Source of the DNA: Clostridia bacterium
GTDB taxonomy: Bacteria > Bacillota > Clostridia > Oscillospirales > QAKW01
Assembly (NCBI GenBank): GCA_017436525.1
Contig: JAFSCX010000045.1
Span: 17,253 to 81,252 of the forward strand
Length of the DNA stretch: 64,000 bases
Reading direction: 5' to 3'
Shown one piece after another: positions 44,733 through 53,542 of the stretch. Every line of letters starts with the position of its first letter. The first letter of the stretch is position 1. The notes beneath the pieces were generated by a model that was given only the letters and a program-made list of their open reading frames with translations, was not told the origin of the DNA and did not search any database. Made by a program: the position numbers and the translations under genes.

Positions 44733-46754
44733 GTGGAAAAGACAAAGAAAGAAACCATCAACCGCACCGCCGTGCGGAAAGAAAAATTCAAGCGCCCTGC
44801 CGAAAGAGGGCTCACCTTAGAAGAGCTGCTTTCCAGCAATGATCTGCTTCAAGCGGCAGACGGAAAGCGCGGCAGTGCCGAGAGCAGGCCTGCGCCCCGC
44901 CGAAAGAGCGCACCCCCTGCCCGCAAGAGTACAAGCGGCCCGCAAAAGAAGGCAGCTGCCCCTAAAAAACCTGCAGAGCCCAAGGAGAAAAAGGCGGCCT
45001 CTCAACCGGCCGCAAAGCGCCCCGCCCCCAAGGCCAATTCGCAAAAGGCGGCCTCTTCCAGACCTTCGGCCCCTAAGCGGGCGCCCAAGAAGCCTTTGAG
45101 CAAATTGAAGATTATTCCTTTGGGCGGCCTTGATGAGATCGGCAAGAATATGACCGTCTTCGAATATGAAGAGGATATCATCATTGTAGATTGCGGCCTT
45201 GCCTTTCCGGGGAGCGATATGCTGGGGGTTGATCTGGTCATCCCCGATATCTCATATCTGAGAAAAAATATGCAAAAGATCCGCGGCATCTTCTTAACCC
45301 ACGGCCATGAGGATCATATCGGCGCACTGCCTTATGTACTAAAGGAATTCAATGTGCCGATCTTCGGCAATAAGCTGACCCTCGGCCTTGTGCGCCGCAA
45401 GCTGGCAGAGCATCGCATGGATAAGACCGCCCAGCTGCATGAGACCGCTCCGGGGACGATTATCACCCGCGGATGCTTCAAGGTGGAATTCATCAAGGTA
45501 AACCATTCCATCCCCGATGCGGCAGGCTTTGCGATTACAACGCCTGTTGGAATCATCCTCCATACCGGCGATTTCAAAATCGATACCACCCCCATCCACG
45601 GCCGCCCCATCGACCTTGCCCGCTTCGGCGTGCTTGGGAAAGAAGGGGTCCTGCTGCTGATGGCTGATTCTACCAATGCCGGCCGGCCGGGCATGGCGTC
45701 CTCCGAAAAGAAGGTGGGGAAAGCGCTGCTGCAGATCTTTGAGAGCGCAGGCGATCGGCGGGTCATTGTGGCCTCCTTTGCCTCCAATGTCCATCGGGTG
45801 CAGCAGATCGTGGATGCCTCGGTAAAGCATGGCAGAAAGGTGGCCGCCTCCGGCCGCTCAATGGAAAGCGTCATTGCAGTGGCGCAGGAATTGGGCTATC
45901 TGAAGATGCCCAAAGGGACGCTCATCCCCTTGGAGCAGGTCTCCAAATACCCCCACGACCGCGTTACCCTCATTACCACCGGCTCCCAAGGCGAGCCCAT
46001 GAGTGCCCTTTATCGGATGGCGTTTTCCGATCACCGGACCATCTCGGTCAGTCAGAATGATTTGATTATTATCTCCGCCTCCCCCATCCCCGGCAACGAG
46101 CGGCTGGTGGGCAGAGTGGTCAACGAGCTGGAAAAGCTGGGCGCAACGGTTGTCGATAATAAGATGGCGGATGTCCATGTCTCGGGCCATGCCTGCCAAG
46201 AAGAGCTGAAGCTGATCTTGGGGCTGGTGAAGCCTAAATTCTTTATGCCGGTCCATGGCGAATTTCATCATCTTTCCGCTCACGCTCAATTGGCGCAGGA
46301 GGCCGGCATGAGCGAAGAGCAGATCATCATGGGCGAAAACGGCAGTGTGCTGGAGCTGGATCGGGATCATGCCAAAATCACCGGTTCTGTCCAGGCAGGG
46401 GCTATCATGGTGGACGGCATCGGCGTAGGCGATGTAGGCAACATTGTCTTGCGGGATCGCCGCATCCTCTCTCAGGAAGGCATTATTCTGGCGGTTGCCG
46501 CGGTCAATAAGCTGACCAAAGAGATTGTAAGCGGTCCCGATATCATCACCCGCGGCTTCATCTATGTGCGGGAGAATGAAGATCTGATGGAAGAGACCCG
46601 CTTTGTGGCAGAGACGGCCCTCAAAAAAAGCCTTGCAAAGGGAAATTTGGATTGGGCCTCGCTGAAAAGCGATGTGCGGGATGCCCTTGGCAGCTATATC
46701 TCCTCCAAGACCAAGCGCGCACCGATGATTATCCCTGTAATTATGGATGTATAA
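44733..46754 (+). CDS. rnj: ribonuclease J with a Lys/Ala/Pro-rich N-terminal extension of about 115 aa
   Basis: Metallo-beta-lactamase HGHEDHIG, beta-CASP region, HVSGHACQEEL. GTG start with an AAAGGAG RBS. The N-terminus is KKAAAPKKPAEPKEKKAASQPAAKRPAPKANSQKAASSRPSAPKRAPKKP. Confidence 0.9.
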   Translation: MEKTKKETINRTAVRKEKFKRPAERGLTLEELLSSNDLLQAADGKRGSAESRPAPRRKSAPPARKSTSGPQKKAAAPKKPAEPKEKKAASQPAAKRPAPKANSQKAASSRPSAPKRAPKKPLSKLKIIPLGGLDEIGKNMTVFEYEEDIIIVDCGLAFPGSDMLGVDLVIPDISYLRKNMQKIRGIFLTHGHEDHIGALPYVLKEFNVPIFGNKLTLGLVRRKLAEHRMDKTAQLHETAPGTIITRGCFKVEFIKVNHSIPDAAGFAITTPVGIILHTGDFKIDTTPIHGRPIDLARFGVLGKEGVLLLMADSTNAGRPGMASSEKKVGKALLQIFESAGDRRVIVASFASNVHRVQQIVDASVKHGRKVAASGRSMESVIAVAQELGYLKMPKGTLIPLEQVSKYPHDRVTLITTGSQGEPMSALYRMAFSDHRTISVSQNDLIIISASPIPGNERLVGRVVNELEKLGATVVDNKMADVHVSGHACQEELKLILGLVKPKFFMPVHGEFHHLSAHAQLAQEAGMSEEQIIMGENGSVLELDRDHAKITGSVQAGAIMVDGIGVGDVGNIVLRDRRILSQEGIILAVAAVNKLTKEIVSGPDIITRGFIYVRENEDLMEETRFVAETALKKSLAKGNLDWASLKSDVRDALGSYISSKTKRAPMIIPVIMDV

Positions 46755-46760
46755 ACACAA

Positions 46761-46794
46761 GGGCTGTAAAAAATCTTCCGATTTTTTACAGCCC
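46761..46794. terminator. bidirectional terminator between rnj and the GH99-like gene (copy 1 of a dispersed hairpin)
   Basis: GGGCTGTAAAAAATC-TTCC-GATTTTTTACAGCCC. Nearly the same hairpin recurs at 52036..52067. Confidence 0.7.
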
Positions 46795-46802
46795 CTTCTT
46801 TT

Positions 46803-47900
46803 TTATTTTTCTAAAAATACTTTCTTGATCGCTTCCAGATATCCATAGCCATAAAGATCATCAGGCTGAAGATAACTGGTCTCGGTCCATTCATTCCATG
46901 AATTCACCGTAATCAGCGGAGCAGGGAGCTCGGGATGATCATCAATGTATTTTTTGGCAATTTCAAATGCTTTTTGCACATTCTCCGGTGTATTATCAAA
47001 GCAGACATCATCGTGAAATTGATTATACCGCGGGTTGGAATCCCAGCCCACCGAAACATGCGGATACGCCTTGAAATTGAGCGTATTCTCGATTCTTTTC
47101 CCTTCCTTCAGGGCATCCTCTAAAAGCTCCGGATAGGCCCGATTGGTGGCGACAAGATCCCGATATTGGTAAAAAGAGCCGCTATCAAAGCCCAGCTGGT
47201 TGATGGCCTCCGTAACCGTCAGCCCCTCTTCCATCACCACATCCATCTTTCGGCTTCCCTTTATGCAAACCTGCAGTTCCAGCCCCGGGAATCCTGCCTC
47301 AACGGTCTTTTCCCTGAAATAAGCCAGCGCTTTCTTGGCATTTTCCATACCCCCAAGCCCGCGGACAAAATTCGGGATATCAAAAAGCATATAGACCGGT
47401 TTTCCATCAATTTTATAATAGCAAGGATGAGAGAAATATTTTTGGATGGTGCGCTCCACAATGAAATCAAAGGTCTTGCGATCCACCGCTCCATCCCAGA
47501 CGGGGATGCGAAGATCTGCAGTTCTCTTATCCCACATGGTATCGGCCGTATGATTGGCCCACATGAGATAGAATTTCATTTTATGATTGTTGCGCGCTTT
47601 CAAAAAGCCGTTATCAAGGCATTGCTCCAAAAAGGGCTGATCATCAAACCAATACCAATCATAGATAAAGACATTCACCCCATGGCTGACCGCCGCCTCA
47701 ATCTCCATCTCCATTACATAAGGATCAGCTTCGTTGACATATCCCCATAACGGCTTGCGCGGCCAAAGATGCCCCTCAAATTTCGGCTGCATTTTCTTCA
47801 CAGTCTGCCATTCGCCATAGCCTTCTTCCCAAAAGATTCTGGCTCTCGGTTCGTCTCCCGTATAAGAAGGCCATACATAGGCGGCTATATCATACTTCAT
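46803..47900 (-). CDS. GH99-like / WbsX-like domain protein
   Basis: AAYVWPSYTGDEPRARIFWEEGYGEWQTV and FIYDWYWF resemble the WbsX/GH99-like family as I remember it. There is no signal peptide. Confidence 0.45.
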   Translation of the reverse strand: MKYDIAAYVWPSYTGDEPRARIFWEEGYGEWQTVKKMQPKFEGHLWPRKPLWGYVNEADPYVMEMEIEAAVSHGVNVFIYDWYWFDDQPFLEQCLDNGFLKARNNHKMKFYLMWANHTADTMWDKRTADLRIPVWDGAVDRKTFDFIVERTIQKYFSHPCYYKIDGKPVYMLFDIPNFVRGLGGMENAKKALAYFREKTVEAGFPGLELQVCIKGSRKMDVVMEEGLTVTEAINQLGFDSGSFYQYRDLVATNRAYPELLEDALKEGKRIENTLNFKAYPHVSVGWDSNPRYNQFHDDVCFDNTPENVQKAFEIAKKYIDDHPELPAPLITVNSWNEWTETSYLQPDDLYGYGYLEAIKKVFLEK

Positions 47901-48000
47901 TTTTTCATCCTCCGATTAAATTTTAATCTATTTTAGCATGACCGCAGAAAAAAAGCAAGCATTTCCCCATTGCTTTTTCTGAAAAGTGCGATTATAATAT

Positions 48001-48246
48001 TTAACAACAACGGTCGTCCACGTCTTTGCAGACCCAGATGACATCCTCTCCGATTCGCTCCACCTCGCACCAAGGAATACGGCGCTCTTTCTTGCCAAAA
48101 AGCGAAAGCCCCTTGCAGCAGAGGACCAGCGCCTCCAGCTTGCCGCAGGTGCAATCAAAAAGCAAATCCTTCGGGTAACCCAGCTTTTTACCGGAGCAGG
48201 CGACGATGACCTCCTTTTCCTTCAGACATTCAAAGGAAATTTCCAT
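48001..48246 (-). CDS. YlmC/YmxH family PRC-barrel sporulation protein
   Basis: MEISFECLKEKEVIVACSGKKLGYPKDLLFDCTCGKLEALVL...RRIPWCEVERIGEDVIWV. ORF 48001..48462 trimmed to ATG 48246. Confidence 0.6.
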   Translation of the reverse strand: MEISFECLKEKEVIVACSGKKLGYPKDLLFDCTCGKLEALVLCCKGLSLFGKKERRIPWCEVERIGEDVIWVCKDVDDRCC

Positions 48247-48289
48247 AAAAATACCCCCATTCCCTATATCATATGAAAGGATGATTTTC

Positions 48290-48841
48290 ATGAGTACAGC
48301 ATTGATCCAAGACGCAAAAAATGCCACCCTCCAGCTGATTGAAGCAGCAAAGCTGCAAGCGGGCGATCTTTTGGTGGTCGGCTGCTCCTCCAGCGAAATT
48401 TTAGGAGAGAAAATCGGCACCCATTCTGCCGAAGAGATCGGCGAGCAGGTCTTCTGCGCCATTCAAGAGATCTGCATCAATAAGGGAATCGCCCTTGCCG
48501 CCCAATGCTGCGAGCATCTCAATCGGGCGCTGATCTTAGAAGAAGCAGTTGCCAAAGAGCGTGGCTATGAGATTGTCAACGCGCAGCCCTTCCCCAAGGC
48601 GGGAGGCTCTTTCGCTACCGCCGCATGGAAGCATCTGGAGCGGCCTGCCGCAGTTGAGCATATCAAGGCCGAAGCCGGCATGGATATCGGCGGCACCCTG
48701 ATCGGAATGCACCTTCGGGAGGTGGCGGTCCCCGTCCGCTTATCCTTGGACCATGTAGGCTCCGCCCTGCTCCTTGCCGCCCGCACCCGCCCCAAATTCA
48801 TCGGCGGCGAGCGCGCCCATTATGTAGATGAATTAAAATAA
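48290..48841 (+). CDS. TIGR01440/UPF0340 (YwlG) family protein
   Basis: LLVVGCSSSEILGEKIGT and AAQCCEHLNRALILE motifs. Start trimmed to ATG 48290. Confidence 0.65.
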   Translation: MSTALIQDAKNATLQLIEAAKLQAGDLLVVGCSSSEILGEKIGTHSAEEIGEQVFCAIQEICINKGIALAAQCCEHLNRALILEEAVAKERGYEIVNAQPFPKAGGSFATAAWKHLERPAAVEHIKAEAGMDIGGTLIGMHLREVAVPVRLSLDHVGSALLLAARTRPKFIGGERAHYVDELK

Positions 48842-48843
48842 AG

Positions 48844-48877
48844 AAAGCTTCGTTTGAACAAATTCAAACGAAGCTTT
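48844..48877. terminator. bidirectional terminator between the YwlG-like gene and mntP
   Basis: AAAGCTTCGTTTGAA-CAAA-TTCAAACGAAGCTTT followed by a T-run. Confidence 0.7.
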
Positions 48878-48881
48878 TTAA

Positions 48882-49445
48882 TTAGAAAAACAAATGCTCA
48901 ATTAGAATCTTCGTGCCGATTCCGATCAGAATCAGCCCGCCGAAGATCTGAGCCTTATCCTTCAGCATCCCGCCGAAGAGGCGCCCGATATAGACACCGG
49001 CAGTGCTGATGATAAAGGTGCTGATTCCGATGATGGCCACAGTACGATAAGCCTCGCTATAGCTTGCGATATCGGCGGTCATTCCAATCCCTACCGCCAG
49101 CGCATCAATGCTGGTGGCCACCCCTTGGATCAAAAGATTTTTTGCGCAAAAGGGATTGGCCGCTTGCTCCTCTTCCTCTTTTTTCAATACTCCTCGGATC
49201 ATATTGATGCCGATCCCTGCCAGCAGGATAAAGCCGATCCAATGGTCTACAGCGGAGATATACTTCATAAAGCTCATCCCCAAAAAGAGGCCGATAAGAG
49301 GCATGGCTGCCTGAAAGAGGCCGAAGGTGAGCCCATCGACCAGCGCATGGCGAGGCTTGAGCCTTCCGCCGCACATTCCGTTGGTAATGGATACCGCAAA
49401 AGCATCCATCGCAAGCCCGATTCCTAAGATCATAGCTGTCCACAT
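48882..49445 (-). CDS. mntP: manganese efflux pump MntP
   Basis: MWTAMILGIGLAMDAFAVSITNGM, SIDALAVGIGM and GGLILIGIGTKIL motifs. ATG 49445 overlaps the stop of the upstream gene (TAATG). Confidence 0.8.
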   Translation of the reverse strand: MWTAMILGIGLAMDAFAVSITNGMCGGRLKPRHALVDGLTFGLFQAAMPLIGLFLGMSFMKYISAVDHWIGFILLAGIGINMIRGVLKKEEEEQAANPFCAKNLLIQGVATSIDALAVGIGMTADIASYSEAYRTVAIIGISTFIISTAGVYIGRLFGGMLKDKAQIFGGLILIGIGTKILIEHLFF

Positions 49446-50176
49446 TACTTTATCAGCGCTCCTATCCCTTCCCAAGTGGCCTCGGCGGCCTCTGCTCTCT
49501 TCAAAAGTGCGGCCGCTGCAGAGGCGGTCTCTTGAAGGGCGGCGGAATCCACCCTCTCAAAGCCCTTTTCCTTAAAATAAGAAGCATCGCCGCGCCCTGC
49601 GGCGTTTTTTAATTGATCCTTCATTCCGCTCAATACGGTTGCAGGAGAATAGCCGGCTTCTTTTCCTCGCTCCAAAAGAGCGCTCTTATAATCCTCAAGG
49701 CTTCCGCATAAAGCACGCTGCTCCTCTTCCATGGCATAGGCCTTTTCCTCTTTGAGCTCAGGGAGGGAAGAATAGAAGGTGGGCAGCAAGAAGATGGGCT
49801 CCTCGCCCTCCATCCAGAGAGCGGCCTCAAAGAGATATTCCTTTCCCTTTTCCAAGGAAACCCGATCAGGAAAGGTCTCACTGTTGCCCAATATACAGAC
49901 CGTAATATTCCGCTCCGGCATACAGCCGAAAAAATCCTGCGTTACCCGCACGCTATAGAAGGTATTCTCCCCCATCGGGGCATCATAATAAGAGATGATC
50001 CGTTGATCATTTTTAATACCCAGCACCTGCCCGCCGAAAAAGAATCTGCCCATCTGAAAGGAGGATTCGGCGGTGGAAAAAAGGCTTTCAAAATCGCCTT
50101 TTCCTTCCTGCTTGCTGCATCCGCAGAGCAGAAAAAGAATCAGCAAGAGGGCTGCAATCCAATTATGCTTCTTCAT
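49445..50176 (-). CDS. hypothetical lipoprotein (243 aa)
   Basis: Lipobox MKKHNWIAALLLILFLLCGCS. I recognise no family. It is translationally coupled to both neighbours. Confidence 0.6.
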   Translation of the reverse strand: MKKHNWIAALLLILFLLCGCSKQEGKGDFESLFSTAESSFQMGRFFFGGQVLGIKNDQRIISYYDAPMGENTFYSVRVTQDFFGCMPERNITVCILGNSETFPDRVSLEKGKEYLFEAALWMEGEEPIFLLPTFYSSLPELKEEKAYAMEEEQRALCGSLEDYKSALLERGKEAGYSPATVLSGMKDQLKNAAGRGDASYFKEKGFERVDSAALQETASAAAALLKRAEAAEATWEGIGALIK

Positions 50177-51662
50177 CCATCGTTGCTCCGTAAAGATTAT
50201 TTAGCTGATTATAAAATAATTTTTGCCGCTGATAGAAATCAAATTTGCTGAAATACATGCTATATGCCACGTCCGAAAGCTGCATGCCGAATCTTCCCTC
50301 GATCTCTTCTTTCAGCCCTTCCGGCTGGGCATATTGGGCGGTAAGATCAAAGATCAGCGGGTTCAGATCTGTCTCGATCAGGCCTTTACCGAATACGCCG
50401 CTGCCTCGGGCCGCGGTCAAAGTGGTATCGGTAAAGCGGGCAAGCTCCAATAAAGTACCGTAATCGGTCTTCATATAAAGGCGCATCATCCGCGGCGCCC
50501 AATAATCCCTCGGATTTTCCACCAAAAGCTCCGCCTGATATACATCGAATAGGCAAAGCCCCTCCGGCATGGTCATCTCGAAGGTAGAGGCAGAGCCCAG
50601 CTCAAAATCATCCTTGCCCAAGGTATCCAGATCATAATCCTTATAGTAAGACCCGCCTGCATCGGTATAGAAATACAGCCGCAGGGCCATCTTCCCGTTA
50701 TAGCTGAGCATCTCATGCTCCGGAATCTTTTGATCCTTCAAAAGGGCGCTCAAAATGCTATTCTGATTTTCGATGCTCAAGGTCTCTATATCAAGATATA
50801 ACGTATCGCCCGCCGAAAGGCCAAGTTCCTTCAGCGCCGCTCTCTTCATCGCTGTCTCATGAACGGTGGTCTTCTCATTTTTGCAGATATTGAGCACATA
50901 CGGATAAAGCGCTCTCACCTGCTCAAGATAAACATTCCCCTCTGCCTTTTGGAGAGAATAGCTTTCATTCTCTTTTGAAAAGATAAACGGCTCTTCCCAT
51001 TGGTCCTTTGCCAAAAGGGTGCGCTTTCCCCCTAAAAGGAAAGAAACCTGCGCCCAGCGGCAATGCCAGCGCCCGAATCTCCCTTCTGCATCGGGGAGAA
51101 GCGTCAGCTTATAGTCGGTGATATCAAAGGGCGATACAGAAGAGGGCAAAATCAAGGTGAATTGATCGGTATTGCCGCTCTCAAAATTATCAATATTGCG
51201 ATTTTGAAGGGTATATTCTAAATATTTCCCATCCTGCAGGGTCAATACCAAATTAATATTGCCCCGATCCAGATCCACCCGCTCCTCCGAGCGAAGGTTT
51301 TGATAATCCTCGGTGCGCAGGGTAACCTGCAGGCGGTTGGTGGAGCCAAAGCAATTCAACGCCGCAAGGACCGGCTGCTTTTCATCAAAATCCGGATCGG
51401 AAAGGCGCCGCACCAATACCGCCTCATCGGTCAGATAAGAGGCACTCAAAGAGGCTGAAACGAAACAGAGCCCACCGATCAGCCCGATCAAAAGCAGCAT
51501 CACATAAAGCCGCCTTGCATAGCTGCCCCAAAGCCGCTTGCCGAATTGCTCTCGGCGGAAAAAGCGCCGCACCCGCCGCGCACCCCACCGAAGCTGGATA
51601 CGGATTCCTCTCCAAAAGCGCTTCGGTCTTTTATTCTCTTTTCGACGACCCAATTTTCTCAA
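50163..51662 (-). CDS. hypothetical membrane-anchored protein (about 499 aa) with two beta-sandwich (PLAT-like?) repeats
   Basis: Arg/Lys-rich N-terminus followed by one TM (YVMLLLIGLIGGLCFVSASL). Two similar segments are present: FESGNTDQFTLILP...FDITDYKLTLL...GRWHCRWAQVSF and FELGSASTFEMTMP...FDVYQAELLVEN...WAPRMMRLYM. The TTG start is uncertain. Confidence 0.55.
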   Translation of the reverse strand: MRKLGRRKENKRPKRFWRGIRIQLRWGARRVRRFFRREQFGKRLWGSYARRLYVMLLLIGLIGGLCFVSASLSASYLTDEAVLVRRLSDPDFDEKQPVLAALNCFGSTNRLQVTLRTEDYQNLRSEERVDLDRGNINLVLTLQDGKYLEYTLQNRNIDNFESGNTDQFTLILPSSVSPFDITDYKLTLLPDAEGRFGRWHCRWAQVSFLLGGKRTLLAKDQWEEPFIFSKENESYSLQKAEGNVYLEQVRALYPYVLNICKNEKTTVHETAMKRAALKELGLSAGDTLYLDIETLSIENQNSILSALLKDQKIPEHEMLSYNGKMALRLYFYTDAGGSYYKDYDLDTLGKDDFELGSASTFEMTMPEGLCLFDVYQAELLVENPRDYWAPRMMRLYMKTDYGTLLELARFTDTTLTAARGSGVFGKGLIETDLNPLIFDLTAQYAQPEGLKEEIEGRFGMQLSDVAYSMYFSKFDFYQRQKLFYNQLNNLYGATMDEEA

Positions 51663-51808
51663 CCGTCTTTTGCTCCTTTTTTGAAAAATGGTTATAATAT
51701 ATCATATCATAAATTTATGAAAAAAAATAGTTTTTTTCAAAGTTTTATGAATAATCTCCCTTCCGCACACTTATACTATTCACATCACTAATATAAGGAG
51801 AGACGAAT

Positions 51809-52021
51809 ATGAATAAAATCGCATTGGCTTTGTCTATCATCGGCTCTATCAACTGGGGCTTGATCGGTCTTTTCAAATTTGATCTGGTGGGCTGGCTGTT
51901 TGGCGGAATGGATTCGATCGTAAGCCGCATCATTTTTGTGATTGTGGGCTTGGCGGGTCTTTGGTGCATCACTCTGCTCTTTAAGGATCTGGATGGTGCT
52001 CGCCACGATTCCGTACGATAA
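51809..52021 (+). CDS. DUF378 family small membrane protein
   Basis: MNKIALALSIIGSINWGLIGLFKFDLVGWLFGG is the typical DUF378 opening. 70 aa. Confidence 0.75.
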   Translation: MNKIALALSIIGSINWGLIGLFKFDLVGWLFGGMDSIVSRIIFVIVGLAGLWCITLLFKDLDGARHDSVR

Positions 52022-52035
52022 GAACGATGCAAAAA

Positions 52036-52067
52036 GGCTGTAAAAAATCTTGCGATTTTTTACAGCC
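52036..52067. terminator. bidirectional terminator between the DUF378 gene and prs (copy 2 of the dispersed hairpin)
   Basis: GGCTGTAAAAAATC-TTGC-GATTTTTTACAGCC, flanked by AAAAA and TTTTT. Confidence 0.7.
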
Positions 52068-52074
52068 CTTTTTA

Positions 52075-53253
52075 TTATGCTTTCTTTTTGCCCTTTTTGA
52101 TCAAAAGATTGTTGATCTTGGTATGGGGATCCAAAAGACCGCTGATGGAGGAATCATGGTTGATGGTATCCATGATATAAGAAATATACTTAGAGAGATC
52201 GACCGAGCAATACCACTCGCGAGAGAGCAGCTCGGGAGCAGAATAAATTCCGTTGGTGGTAAAGACCTTCTTGAAATATCCTGCTTTATATGCTTCATCG
52301 AAATGCTCCAGACCATTGCAGAAGAGGCCGAAGGTGGTGCAGACATAAATATTGCGGGCATGGAGCTCCTTGAGCTTTTTGCCAAGATCCAATACACTGT
52401 CTCCGGAGGAGATCATATCGTCTACAATAATGATATCCTTCCCTGCCACATCGGCGCCCAGATATTCATGGGCCACAATGGGGTTGCGCCCGTTTACAAC
52501 GCGGCTGTAATCTCTTCTCTTATAGAACATTCCAAGATCTACGCCCAATACAGAGGAGAAATAGATGCCTCTTGCCATGGCGCCTTCATCAGGGCTGATG
52601 ATCATCAGGTGCTCAGGATCAATCTCGATATCGGGCACATTATTCACCAGCGCCTTAATCATCTGATACGTGGGCATTACATTATCAAAGCCATGGGCAG
52701 GGATGGCATTTTGGATACGGGGATCATGGGCATCGAAGGTGATGATATTGGTTACGCCCATCGATACCAGCTCCTGCAGAGCGGTAGCGCAGTCCAGAGA
52801 TTCGCGGCTGCTGCGGCGGTGCTGGCGCCCTTCATAAAGCATCGGCATGATGACATTGACCCGCCGCGCCTTGCCTGCAGATGCGCCGATAATACGCTTC
52901 AGATCAGCATAATGATCGTCGGGGCTCATGGGCACCTTGCGGCCGTACATGGTATATTCAACACCGTAGTTAAAGCAATCGGTAACGATATAAAGATCCA
53001 TCCCGCGGACAGAATCCTTGATCAAGCCCTTTGCCTCACCGCTTCCGAAACGAGGGCAGATAACATCGATCAAAAAGCTCTCCCGCTCATAGCCTCTGAA
53101 ATCGAGATCTGCCTTATGCTCGTGCTCCCGCTCCTTGCGCCATTTGACCATATAGTAATCGATTTTTTTGCCAAGTTCTTCGCAACCGGGCATTGCGATA
53201 ATCCCCAAGGGGGCTACCGGCACGTCCACCAATTCCTCTAAATAATCCGCCAT
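52075..53253 (-). CDS. prs: ribose-phosphate pyrophosphokinase (long form)
   Basis: TFDAHDPRIQNAIP and the PRPP-binding loop IIIVDDMISSGDSVLD. 392 aa. Confidence 0.8.
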   Translation of the reverse strand: MADYLEELVDVPVAPLGIIAMPGCEELGKKIDYYMVKWRKEREHEHKADLDFRGYERESFLIDVICPRFGSGEAKGLIKDSVRGMDLYIVTDCFNYGVEYTMYGRKVPMSPDDHYADLKRIIGASAGKARRVNVIMPMLYEGRQHRRSSRESLDCATALQELVSMGVTNIITFDAHDPRIQNAIPAHGFDNVMPTYQMIKALVNNVPDIEIDPEHLMIISPDEGAMARGIYFSSVLGVDLGMFYKRRDYSRVVNGRNPIVAHEYLGADVAGKDIIIVDDMISSGDSVLDLGKKLKELHARNIYVCTTFGLFCNGLEHFDEAYKAGYFKKVFTTNGIYSAPELLSREWYCSVDLSKYISYIMDTINHDSSISGLLDPHTKINNLLIKKGKKKA

Positions 53254-53495
53254 CTTTGCATCCTCCTCGAATATTAAAAATAACAGTTTTATTTTACTAT
53301 ATTTTTATCCTCTTGCATAGACTTTTTTCAAAATTCTCTAAATATTGACAATTTGCCGAAAACAACCTCAAAATATTGGCAAAATTTATTAATGGAGTCT
53401 ATTTTTCTTGAAAAATACTCTTTTGAAGAATATAACGATGGCAGAATTCTTTAGTTCTCTTATTTTCTGCGGTCTGTGCCTTTTTTGACAGTCTG

Positions 53496-53537
53496 AAAAA
53501 GCGGTTGCGAAGGGAATTCCCTTCGCAACCGCTTTTT
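53496..53537 (-). terminator. terminator after rhaA
   Basis: AAAAAGCGGTTGCGAAGGG-AATT-CCCTTCGCAACCGCTTTTT. Confidence 0.7.
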
Positions 53538-53542
53538 ATAGA

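Noticed and set aside
51663-51808. A yybP-ykoY manganese riboswitch upstream of the operon that contains mntP.
   Set aside because: The leader is short and AT-rich, and I could not find the conserved GC-rich four-way-junction sequences. A covariance-model search is still needed for certainty.
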